From Patescibacteria group bacterium (GTDB taxonomy: Bacteria > Patescibacteriota > Minisyncoccia > UBA6257 > HR35), in NCBI GenBank assembly GCA_030550735.1, contig JAUQOT010000002.1, positions 1 to 36,059 of the forward strand: a stretch of DNA of 36,059 nt. Reading direction: 5' to 3'. The translations under genes were made by a program, and so were the position numbers. Each line of letters opens with the position of its first letter. Within the stretch, counting starts at the first letter, position 1. The notes beneath the pieces were generated by a model, which worked only from the letters and a program-made list of their open reading frames with translations, was not told the DNA's origin and did not search any database. Shown piece by piece: positions 8,751-17,000 of the stretch.

Positions 8751-10486
8751 TTCTTTTTGATACTTTCCAAATACTTTAAAAATTCTTTAAGAGGAAGAGT
8801 ATTTAAAATATCTTTTCTTGTTGCCCAACCTCTTCTTGCTTGAGCAACACCTAAGTCTAAAAACTGGAGATGTAAAACAGAGTGAGCATCGGTATCAATA
8901 ACCATTTTTACTCCAGCTTCAACACATTTTTTGATATGTTCATCCTTTAAATCTAATCTATCTGGATAAGCATCAATTTCCAAAATTTTATTATTTTTTT
9001 TAGCAAAATCAATTATTTCATCAATATCAACTTCATAAGCAGGTCTTTTGTTAATAATTCTTCCAGTTGGATGAAAAAGACAATGAACATTAGGATTACT
9101 TAAAGCTTTTTTAATTCTCTCAGTTTGTTCTTTTCTTGGTAAATTAAAATGGCTATGTACAGCAACGCCAACAAAATCTAACTTGGCTAAAACTTCATCA
9201 CTTAAATCCAAACTTCCATCTTTATTTATATTAACTTCAGCTCCTTTTAAAATAGTTATCTTACCTCTATATTTTTTATTTAGTTTATCTATTTCTTCAA
9301 TTTGTTTTAGTAATCTTTTTTCATCTAAACCTCCAGCAACCGCTAAAGATTTTGTATGATCAGTAATACAAATATACTCTAAGCCTAATTTAATTGCTTC
9401 TTCGACCATTTCTTCAATTGAATTTTGACCATCACTCCAATTTGTCTGAACTTGTAAATCGCCCCTTATCGATCCATATTCGATTAGTTTTGGTAATTTA
9501 TGTTCGAGAGCCAATTGAATTTCACCTCGATTTTCTCTCATTTCTGGAGGTATCCACTCAAGTCCCAATTTTTCATAAATTTCTTCTTCGGTTCTTCCAG
9601 CAATTCTTTTTTCATTTTTATCAAAAAGTCCATATTCATTAAGCTTAAAACCCTTCTTTATAGCTAGTTCCCTCATTTGAATATTATGATCCTTTGAACC
9701 AGTAAAATAAGCAAGAGCTGCTCCAAAACTTTCTTCAGGAACAACTCTTAAATCAGCATCTAAACCAATTTTTAATCTGACATTTGTTTTTGTTGGTCCT
9801 TTAGCATAAACATGTTCTACACCTTCAAAATTTACAAAATAATCCATTAATTTCTCTGGTTTATCAGAAACAGCTAAAATATCAATATCACCAATTGTTT
9901 CTTTTCTTCGTCTATATGAACCAGCAGGCACAACCTCTTTAGCTAAACCACTTTCTTTCAAATAATTAACCAATTCCTCAACTGCTGGAATAATAAAACC
10001 TAAAATAGCTCGTTGTCCACCCTGTTTATAAAATTGAATCCCCTTTAAAATTTTTTCTTCACTTTTCTCGCCAAATCCAGGAAGTCTTCTAATTTTGTGT
10101 TCTAAGCAAGCTTTTTCTAAATCTTCAATCGTTTTAATTCCTAAAGCTTTATAAAGTTTATAAACTATTTTTGGTCCAACTCCTTCAATACTTGTTAAAG
10201 TTTCAACATCAACTGGCACCTCTTTTTTTAATTCTTCAAGTTCTTTAATTTTTCCAGTTTTTAAATATTCAATAATTTTTTCTGCAATTGACTCTCCAAC
10301 TCCTGGTAAATTTTTCAGCCCCTCTTTTCCTTTCTTTTTTACAAAATCTTCAATATCTTCATCTAAAGCTTCAATAGAATAGGCTGCTTTTTCATAAGCT
10401 TGAGGCTTAAAAGAAACTCCTTTCATCTCCAAATAAATCGCCATCATCCTAAGTAGTTTAGCAACTTCAGGATTTTTCATTTTCAT
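8747..10486 (-). CDS. polX: DNA polymerase X family protein with C-terminal PHP domain
   Basis: HhH motifs (LPGVGESIAEKI, GVGPKIV, LPGFGEKS). Pol beta-like catalytic GSYRRRKETIGDIDIL plus DADLRVV. PHP motifs ICITDHT, VAVHSHF, LFHPTGR and IDTDAHS. 4-nt overlap with folD. Confidence 0.85.
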   Translation of the reverse strand: MKMKNPEVAKLLRMMAIYLEMKGVSFKPQAYEKAAYSIEALDEDIEDFVKKKGKEGLKNLPGVGESIAEKIIEYLKTGKIKELEELKKEVPVDVETLTSIEGVGPKIVYKLYKALGIKTIEDLEKACLEHKIRRLPGFGEKSEEKILKGIQFYKQGGQRAILGFIIPAVEELVNYLKESGLAKEVVPAGSYRRRKETIGDIDILAVSDKPEKLMDYFVNFEGVEHVYAKGPTKTNVRLKIGLDADLRVVPEESFGAALAYFTGSKDHNIQMRELAIKKGFKLNEYGLFDKNEKRIAGRTEEEIYEKLGLEWIPPEMRENRGEIQLALEHKLPKLIEYGSIRGDLQVQTNWSDGQNSIEEMVEEAIKLGLEYICITDHTKSLAVAGGLDEKRLLKQIEEIDKLNKKYRGKITILKGAEVNINKDGSLDLSDEVLAKLDFVGVAVHSHFNLPRKEQTERIKKALSNPNVHCLFHPTGRIINKRPAYEVDIDEIIDFAKKNNKILEIDAYPDRLDLKDEHIKKCVEAGVKMVIDTDAHSVLHLQFLDLGVAQARRGWATRKDILNTLPLKEFLKYLESIKKK

Positions 10487-10544
10487 AATAAAAAATTAAG
10501 AAGTTGATAAAAATCTATGTTTTTAGCAAGTTTTTTGTAATTAA

Positions 10545-12221
10545 CTATTCATTATTAATTGTTGGATCAACCCAAGATAAATTAGCAAAAAATCTTATTA
10601 TTCCTATCTCTTCCTTATCGTAATTTTCTAAAGCTATACCTATTGTTCTTCCTGGTTTTGTCATTTTCATAGCTACTCCAGGAATATTAGAAGCTGTTAA
10701 GAAATCACCCCTTTTTATCTCACCATTAATTGTTGAAACTTTTACTTTGAAATATCCATAGATACCAAGCGGTTTATAAAAATAAGATTTTTTTATTCCA
10801 GAAGCTCCTTTTTCTTCATTTGTCACAACGCCCATTATGAGAGAACTATAAGGTTTATTAGCTTTCTTTAAAACAAAAGGAGCCTCATCATCTTTTATAG
10901 GATTTTCTAATTCACTAATCATAACCACATCTCCTTCTTCAACATTTTCTTCCATTGGTGCATATTCTGCATCTGAACTACAAGTAGAAAGTGCATTGTA
11001 TTGATTGTGACATACGTGGCGAGTAGAAGGAGTAGAAACTAATATGGTTGCTATTCCAGTATCAGCAATTAAAGAAGTATTTCTAAGATGAATACCGGCA
11101 TCAGTAAATGTTTCAATATATTCATTTGGATTATTTGGGTTAACTATAGTAAATACAGAACCAGGATTCTGGGTGTGAATACCAACTCTACCAGAAGGAG
11201 TTAAAACTAGGGGCTGAATCCAGTTAGAACCGTTATAATACCAAAATGCTAAACTCCCTTGCTGATTACTTAGACTACCTCTATAACCTATATGCCAATA
11301 ATTAACCGTTTCATCTGCTTTTAGATTAAAACCAGAGGCAGAATATTGGTTAGTTAAAGAGCCTTTGACTTGAATAAAACTTCTTACATCTAATTTTGCT
11401 TCCGGTGCCGTCGTCCCGATGCCGACGTTGCCAGATTCAATTACGAAAGGATAGTTTCCACCATCACTACCAAAAAATCCAGAGAAACATTTATACCCAG
11501 AAGGACAAGATTTTACCCAACCGACTACTCCATAAGCCCTATTATATGGTCCGCTTTGCTGCGCTAATACTCCACCCAAATACCAATCAGTTTCAGAACT
11601 GTTTACTAATAAACCGTGAACTCCGTTTCTGTAGCCACTGACACTTGTTGCTCCTAATTCTTTAACTGTGCCTTGTATGTTATATAATCTTTTTGTATTA
11701 TCAACCGGAGTAGGATCATAAACCATCAATCCAAAAGCATCATTATTAGCTCCACTACCCCATGGTGAATTTATAGGCGAAACAATCGTATCTTCAACAA
11801 CCAATTTTGCTCTTTGTGGATTCGTCGTCCCGATGCCGACGTTGCCACCTGCTGGATTTATTACTAAATTATTGGGTCCAAAAGCCGAAGAGACACCTTG
11901 TATAAATGGCGCTCCGCCATATGCATCTTCATTACCAATATAGACACCAGTTTTAGAGCCACTAATATATCCAAATACAGATTGTCCAGCCACATGCAAT
12001 TTTTGACCCGGTGCTGTCGTCCCGATGCCAACGCTTCCGGATGTAACTAAAAAATTACCAGAACTAACTCTAGTAGTTGTAATTATATTTAAACCGCTTG
12101 AATCAGTTTGAAGAACGCCACCACCTTGAGGTGGATTTTGAGTTGGATTTACCCAAGCATAAATTAAATAAATACTACTTAAACTTAATCCTAATATAAA
12201 ACCCCAAAAAATTTTTTTCAT
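10545..12221 (-). CDS. Secreted or surface-anchored repeat protein with four (G/S)xVGI(G/H)T motifs (tail-fibre-like fold family), function unknown
   Basis: N-terminal hydrophobic anchor MKKIFWGFILGLSLSSIYLIYAW followed by NPTQNPPQGGG. Repeats SGSVGIGTTAPGQKLHV, GGNVGIGTTNPQRAKLVV, SGNVGIGTTAPEAKLDV and SGRVGIHTQNPGSVFTI. Composition is G/S/N/T-rich and K/E-poor, unlike its neighbours. Confidence 0.75.
   Translation of the reverse strand: MKKIFWGFILGLSLSSIYLIYAWVNPTQNPPQGGGVLQTDSSGLNIITTTRVSSGNFLVTSGSVGIGTTAPGQKLHVAGQSVFGYISGSKTGVYIGNEDAYGGAPFIQGVSSAFGPNNLVINPAGGNVGIGTTNPQRAKLVVEDTIVSPINSPWGSGANNDAFGLMVYDPTPVDNTKRLYNIQGTVKELGATSVSGYRNGVHGLLVNSSETDWYLGGVLAQQSGPYNRAYGVVGWVKSCPSGYKCFSGFFGSDGGNYPFVIESGNVGIGTTAPEAKLDVRSFIQVKGSLTNQYSASGFNLKADETVNYWHIGYRGSLSNQQGSLAFWYYNGSNWIQPLVLTPSGRVGIHTQNPGSVFTIVNPNNPNEYIETFTDAGIHLRNTSLIADTGIATILVSTPSTRHVCHNQYNALSTCSSDAEYAPMEENVEEGDVVMISELENPIKDDEAPFVLKKANKPYSSLIMGVVTNEEKGASGIKKSYFYKPLGIYGYFKVKVSTINGEIKRGDFLTASNIPGVAMKMTKPGRTIGIALENYDKEEIGIIRFFANLSWVDPTINNE
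11402..11432 (-). repeat. GC-rich intragenic repeat copy A (ccggtgccgtcgtcccgatgccgacgttgcc)
   Basis: Read directly from the sequence. The 23-nt core gtcgtcccgatgccgacgttgcc is identical to copy B. It encodes GNVGIGTTAPE on the minus strand. Confidence 0.9.
11824..11846 (-). repeat. GC-rich intragenic repeat copy B (gtcgtcccgatgccgacgttgcc)
   Basis: 23/23 identity to the copy A core. It encodes GNVGIGTT. Confidence 0.9.
12008..12038 (-). repeat. GC-rich intragenic repeat copy C (ccggtgctgtcgtcccgatgccaacgcttcc)
   Basis: 27/31 identity to copy A by hand alignment. It encodes GSVGIGTTAPG. Confidence 0.85.
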
Positions 12222-12280
12222 AACTTAAATTTATTATCATTAAAAATTTTCAAAAAATCAAATTAGAAAACAATCGAAAA

Positions 12281-12291
12281 TATGGTAAAAT
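12281..12291 (+). promoter_or_regulatory. Putative extended -10 promoter element TATGGTAAAAT upstream of gyrB
   Basis: TGnTAAAAT lies 41 nt upstream of the gyrB ATG. The identical 11-mer recurs at 6655-6665. Confidence 0.4.
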
Positions 12292-12332
12292 TAAGTTGAT
12301 AATTAAAAATTTTTTATAAAAATTTTTTTATT

Positions 12333-15300
12333 ATGGTTAATAAAGCTTCCGAAGATTATAAAGCAGAACACATTCAAGTTTTAGAAGGAATAGAAGCTGT
12401 CAGAAAAAGACCAGGAATGTATATTGGTGGTACAGGAATTGAAGGATTGCATCATTTAATTTGGGAAGTTTTAAATAATTCAGTTGATGAAGCTTTAGCT
12501 GGTTATGCGAAAAACATTGAAGTGGTTATTGAAAATGAAAACAGAGTAAGAATTACTGATGATGGGAGGGGTATTCCAGTTGATATTCATCCTAAAACTA
12601 AAAAATCTGCTCTGGAAACAGTTTTGACAATGCTTCATGCTGGAGGTAAATTTTCTCATAAAGTTTATAAAGTTTCTGGTGGTCTTCATGGAGTTGGAGT
12701 AAGTGTCGTGAACGCTCTTTCTAGATATCTTAAAGCAATTGTTAAAAGAGATGGTTTTGAATGGAAGCAAGAGTATAAAAAGGGAAAACCGATAACCGAG
12801 TTAGAAAAAGGGAAAAAAACAGAAGATACAGGAACAACAATTATTTTTGAACCTGATCCAGAAATTTTTGCCGAAATAAAATTTGACAGACAAAAAATTT
12901 TAGAATATATAAGACACCAAGCCTATCTTACACCCAGCGTAAGGTTTAATTTTCAAGACAAAAGAGAAGATCCACCTTTTGTTTATAGTTTTTATTTCGA
13001 ACAAGGGCTGAAAGTTTTTTTAAAGCATCTTTTAAACGGAAGACATCCTTTATTTGAGGAAATCATTTATATTTCTTCGAAAGGAGAAAATTATGAACTT
13101 GATATTGCCTTTACTTATTTAGAACATCAAGAATCAATTGAATATGTTTTTACTAATAATATTATTAATCCCGAAGGAGGAACCCATCTTTTAGGTTTTC
13201 GAAGTGCTTTAGTTAAATCGTTTACAAAATTAGGAGAAGAACTTGGAGTTTTCAAAAACAAGAGCATTAATTTAACAACAGAAGATATTCGTGGTGGTTT
13301 AGTTTTAGTTTTATCTCTTAGAATTCCTGAACCGCAATTTGAAGGACAAACAAAAGCTAAACTTGGTAATCCTGAAATAAAAAGTTTAGTTGAAAATATC
13401 GTTTCTCAAGAATTGGAAGAATGGTGTCATAAAAACATTGAAAAAACAAAATTAATTTTAAATAGAATTTTAACTAATTTTGAAGCAAGAAAAGCTGCTA
13501 AAGAAGCTAAAGAAGCTGTTTTTAAAAAAAGAATTCAAACTGGATTAACGCTTTCAGGAAAATTAGCTGATTGTTCTTCCAGAAATCCAGAAGAAAGAGA
13601 ACTTTTTATTGTTGAAGGAGAATCAGCTGGTGGTTCAGCGAAACAGGGAAGAGATAGAAAATTTCAAGCAGTTTTACCTCTAAGAGGTAAAATTTTAAAT
13701 GTTGAGAAAGCAAATTTAGTAAAAATTTTTAAATCTGAAGAAATTAGAAACTTAATTATTGCTCTCGGAACAGGTTTGGGAAAAGATTTTAATTTAGAAA
13801 ATCTTCGCTATTCAAAAATAATAATTGCCACTGATGCTGATAGTCTTACTCCAGAAATACCAATCTTAATTTATGACAAAAAAGAAAAACTTTTAAGAAA
13901 AGTTAAAATTGGAGAATTTGTTGAGAGTGATTTAAAAGACACAGAAGATTATCAAGTTGTTGCTTATGACTTTAAAAAGAAGAAATTTGTTTTTCAAGAT
14001 GTTTATCAAACAATTAGACATCCCCTAAGAAATTCTCTTTATGAAATTAAAACTCAATATGGTTATACAATTAAAGTTACTGCTGATCATAGCCTCTTTG
14101 TTTATCGTGATGGTAAATTTATAACTTTGCCAACCCATAAAATTAAAAAAGGAGATAGATTAATCTTCCCTCTTGTTTTACCTATTCCTCGGAGAAAAAT
14201 TGTTTTAAATTTAGAAGAAGAAATTAAAAATTCAGAAGAAAAAGAAAGGATTCAAGTTAAATTCAAAACTTATAAATATTTAACTCCTAATTCTTGGGTT
14301 AATTTAAGCTACAGTGATTTTCAAAAATTAAAAGAAAAAAGAATAATGGCTGGAATTTCGAAAGAAAAGATGGCCCAAGTGTTGAATATTTATCCAGCTA
14401 TTTTGCAACAATGGGAAGAAAAAATTGATAACGTAATGCCCAAATTAGACATTTTTCAAAATTATTTGAAGATTCTCGGTGAAGAAAAAATTTTACAAGA
14501 AGCAGAGTTTTTTGTACCTTTAACAGAACTCAAAGAAGAAATAAAAAATGCTGAATATTATTTAAATAATCATTCACGAAAAATTCAAACAAAATTTGTT
14601 TTAGATGAAAAATTAGCTTATCTTTTAGGTTGGTTCATTGGTGGTGGCTGTTTTTCACCGGAGAAAGAAAACCTAAATAGGTTTATGATTTGTTTAGGTC
14701 AAGATAAAGAATTCTATTTAAGAAGAATTAAAAAAATAATTAAAGATGTTTTAAGGGCAAAACCGATTTTAGAAAAAAGAAAAGAAAGCATTAATCTACA
14801 TTTTCACTCTTATGAATTTAAGTTAATTCTTAAAAAATTAAATCTTCTTGGTAAAAAATCTTTTGAAAAATTTATTCCCCCAGAAATTTTAACTTCGCCC
14901 AAAAGTGTTCAAAAAGCATTTCTGAAAGGTTATTTAGAAAGTGATGGCAGTATAATAGCTAAAAACAGAGATTATAAAATTTATTTCACAACTACCTCTC
15001 GAGATCTTCAAGAGGATTTAATTATTCTTTTTAGAAGTTTCGGCATTTTTCCTCGTATTAATTCAAGATTTTCTAAAGATCATTATCGGAAAGATGGAGT
15101 TTTAATTTCAAGTCAAAAACCTAGATATGTTATCACTATTTCTGGAATTGAAAATTTAAGAAAAATTAGAGATATTTGGAAAAATCATAAAAATGCTAAA
15201 AAATTAGAAGAATATCTTAAAAGATTTAGCAAGAATTATAGAAATAAAAAGTTTCTTAAATATTTGGGACCCAATAAGACAATTCTTCTACCAATTGTTT

Positions 15301-15815
15301 CCATTAAAAAAATTAAACCAGATAATCCCTTTGTTTATGATATTTCAGTAAAAGTTAATGAAAATTTTTTAGCTTCACCAGCCGGAATTTTAGTTCATAA
15401 TACTGATGGTTCTCATATTAGAACCCTTCTTTTAACTCTTTTTTATCGTTATTTAAGACCTATTATTGAAAATGGACATCTTTATATAGCTCAACCGCCT
15501 TTGTATAAAATTCAAAAAGGAAAAGAAATTTTTTATGCTTACAGCGATAATGAAAAAGAAGAAATTTTGAAAAATTTAGCAAAAAAAGGAAAAGAAAATA
15601 TTAATGTTCAGCGTTACAAAGGTTTAGGAGAAATGAACCCTGAAGAACTTTGGGAAACAACTCTAAATCCCCAAAAAAGAGTTTTAAAACAAGTTACAAT
15701 TAAAGATGCTGAAGAGGCGGATAGATTATTTACAATTTTAATGGGCGGAGATGTTGAACCACGAAGAAAATTTATTGAAAAATACGCTATCCAGGTTAAA
15801 GATCTTGATATTTAA
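12333..15815 (+). CDS. gyrB: DNA gyrase subunit B precursor interrupted by an in-frame intein (640-aa extein plus 520-aa intein)
   Basis: GHKL ATPase motifs (VRKRPGMYIGGT, NNSVDEALAG, DDGRGIPVD, GGLHGVGVSVVNALS), QTK loop EGQTKAKLGN and Toprim FIVEGESAGGSAKQGRDR. The motif IIIATDAD is separated from TDGSHIRTLLLTLFYRY by 520 aa. Confidence 0.92.
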   Translation: MVNKASEDYKAEHIQVLEGIEAVRKRPGMYIGGTGIEGLHHLIWEVLNNSVDEALAGYAKNIEVVIENENRVRITDDGRGIPVDIHPKTKKSALETVLTMLHAGGKFSHKVYKVSGGLHGVGVSVVNALSRYLKAIVKRDGFEWKQEYKKGKPITELEKGKKTEDTGTTIIFEPDPEIFAEIKFDRQKILEYIRHQAYLTPSVRFNFQDKREDPPFVYSFYFEQGLKVFLKHLLNGRHPLFEEIIYISSKGENYELDIAFTYLEHQESIEYVFTNNIINPEGGTHLLGFRSALVKSFTKLGEELGVFKNKSINLTTEDIRGGLVLVLSLRIPEPQFEGQTKAKLGNPEIKSLVENIVSQELEEWCHKNIEKTKLILNRILTNFEARKAAKEAKEAVFKKRIQTGLTLSGKLADCSSRNPEERELFIVEGESAGGSAKQGRDRKFQAVLPLRGKILNVEKANLVKIFKSEEIRNLIIALGTGLGKDFNLENLRYSKIIIATDADSLTPEIPILIYDKKEKLLRKVKIGEFVESDLKDTEDYQVVAYDFKKKKFVFQDVYQTIRHPLRNSLYEIKTQYGYTIKVTADHSLFVYRDGKFITLPTHKIKKGDRLIFPLVLPIPRRKIVLNLEEEIKNSEEKERIQVKFKTYKYLTPNSWVNLSYSDFQKLKEKRIMAGISKEKMAQVLNIYPAILQQWEEKIDNVMPKLDIFQNYLKILGEEKILQEAEFFVPLTELKEEIKNAEYYLNNHSRKIQTKFVLDEKLAYLLGWFIGGGCFSPEKENLNRFMICLGQDKEFYLRRIKKIIKDVLRAKPILEKRKESINLHFHSYEFKLILKKLNLLGKKSFEKFIPPEILTSPKSVQKAFLKGYLESDGSIIAKNRDYKIYFTTTSRDLQEDLIILFRSFGIFPRINSRFSKDHYRKDGVLISSQKPRYVITISGIENLRKIRDIWKNHKNAKKLEEYLKRFSKNYRNKKFLKYLGPNKTILLPIVSIKKIKPDNPFVYDISVKVNENFLASPAGILVHNTDGSHIRTLLLTLFYRYLRPIIENGHLYIAQPPLYKIQKGKEIFYAYSDNEKEEILKNLAKKGKENINVQRYKGLGEMNPEELWETTLNPQKRVLKQVTIKDAEEADRLFTILMGGDVEPRRKFIEKYAIQVKDLDI
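13842..15401 (+). mobile_element. GyrB intein with LAGLIDADG homing-endonuclease domain
   Basis: Starts with Ser1 (SLTPEIPILIYD). Block B TADH (IKVTADHSLFV), blocks F/G NPFVYDISVKVNENFLASPAGILVHN followed by +1 Thr. LAGLIDADG-like motifs LAYLLGWFIGGGCF and FLKGYLESDGSI. Length is 1560 nt, in frame. Confidence 0.88.
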
Positions 15816-16347
15816 AGAATATACTTATCTTTTCTCTCTTTTTTTTATTCTTTTTCTTTTTGTTTTTAAAAGTTATTCGAATTTTATTTTAATACCCTTA
15901 ATTTTTTTTAGTCTTTTATCTTCTTGGTATTTTCGGGGTTCATTTTTACAAGGTTTTCTTTATCTTTTGTTTGTTTTAATTTTTTATTTTTTTTTAGAAA
16001 ATCTTAATTTTTGGTGGCTATCTTTATTTCTCTTTATATCTTATTTTTATTTCAAAAAAATTAAAAATCTCGAACATTTAATATTTCTTTTCATTATTTC
16101 TTTTCTTTTCGCTTTCCTTTACAATAAACCAACATCTTTTAGTTTTGTTTTAATTTTTATTTTTCTTTTTAATCTTTATTATCTTTTAGTTTTCTTTAAA
16201 AAGAACATATTTTTTTCTTTAATTTTTTCTTTTATTTTTTCCGAGTTTCTTTTGGTTTCTTTTCTTCTTCAATCAGTTTTGCTTTTTATCCCTTTTCTTT
16301 TAGTTTTCTATTTTCTTTCTTTTTTGTTTTTGCCTAAAGGGGTTTAA
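15751..16347 (+). CDS. Hypothetical polytopic membrane protein, extremely F/L-rich; start codon uncertain
   Basis: 198 stop-free codons in roughly 20% GC, T-rich DNA, which is unlikely by chance. About six hydrophobic segments. The only ATG lies 65 nt inside gyrB in another frame. Confidence 0.45.
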   Translation: MLNHEENLLKNTLSRLKILIFKEYTYLFSLFFILFLFVFKSYSNFILIPLIFFSLLSSWYFRGSFLQGFLYLLFVLIFYFFLENLNFWWLSLFLFISYFYFKKIKNLEHLIFLFIISFLFAFLYNKPTSFSFVLIFIFLFNLYYLLVFFKKNIFFSLIFSFIFSEFLLVSFLLQSVLLFIPFLLVFYFLSFLFLPKGV

Positions 16348-16351
16348 ATTA

Positions 16352-16360
16352 TGTTATAAT
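16352..16360 (+). promoter_or_regulatory. Putative extended -10 element TGTTATAAT upstream of clpP
   Basis: Its last base lies 16 nt upstream of the clpP ATG. No Shine-Dalgarno sequence lies between. Confidence 0.4.
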
Positions 16361-16376
16361 TAAAATAATTAAAATA

Positions 16377-17000
16377 ATGAAGGAAGAGAATTTTAAAAAC
16401 CAACTTATTCCGATTGTTATTGAAAAAACGCAACATGGTGAGAGAGCATACGATATTTACTCAAGACTTTTGAAAGAAAGAATAATTTTTTTAGGAACCC
16501 CAATTGATGATAATGTTGCTAATTTAGTAATTGCTCAACTCCTTTTTTTAGAACATGAAGATCCAGAAAAGGATATTTATCTTTATATTAATAGCCCTGG
16601 AGGAAGCGTTGAAGCTGCTTTAGCTATTTATGATACGATGCAATTTGTGAAACCGGATGTTCAAACAATTGGTATAGGTTCAGTTGCTTCTGCTGCTGCT
16701 CTTCTTTTAGCCGCTGGAGCTCGTAATAAAAGAGCCTGTCTTCCTAATACCCAAATTTTAATTCATCAAGTATATGTTTCTTCTCCGGGAATAGCTGGTC
16801 AAGTAAAAGATGTCGAAATTACAACTAAGCAGTTAATTAAAATTAAAAATAAAGTTAATGAGATTTTAGCCCAACATACAGGTCAACCATTCGAGAAAAT
16901 TGAAAAAGATACTGAGAGAGATTTTTGGATGTCAGCCGAAGAAGCAAAACAATATGGATTAATTGATAAAATAATTTACAAAAGAGAGATGCGGGCGTAG
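16377..17000 (+). CDS. clpP: ATP-dependent Clp protease proteolytic subunit
   Basis: [19 protein letters not shown], and the catalytic Ser context [14 protein letters not shown]. His is in ILIHQV and Asp in DTERDFWM. The last 10 nt overlap tRNA-Asp. Confidence 0.9.
   Translation: MKEENFKNQLIPIVIEKTQHGERAYDIYSRLLKERIIFLGTPIDDNVANLVIAQLLFLEHEDPEKDIYLYINSPGGSVEAALAIYDTMQFVKPDVQTIGIGSVASAAALLLAAGARNKRACLPNTQILIHQVYVSSPGIAGQVKDVEITTKQLIKIKNKVNEILAQHTGQPFEKIEKDTERDFWMSAEEAKQYGLIDKIIYKREMRA

Noticed and set aside
11402-12038. The GC-rich repeats as a diversity-generating retroelement template/variable-region pair
   Set aside because: The repeats are only 23-31 nt long. Their differences are not adenine-specific, and no reverse transcriptase or accessory gene is present in the window.
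10545-12221. The tail-fibre-like protein as a marker of an integrated phage
   Set aside because: It is flanked directly by polX and gyrB. No other phage-like genes, att-like repeats or adjacent tRNA are present, so a cellular surface protein is more likely.
12333-15815. The 1160-aa gyrB as a pseudogene, a gene fusion or an assembly chimera
   Set aside because: The insert is in frame and bounded exactly by Ser1 and HN/Thr+1. It carries intein blocks A, B, F and G, and its excision restores the Toprim motif and a 640-aa GyrB.
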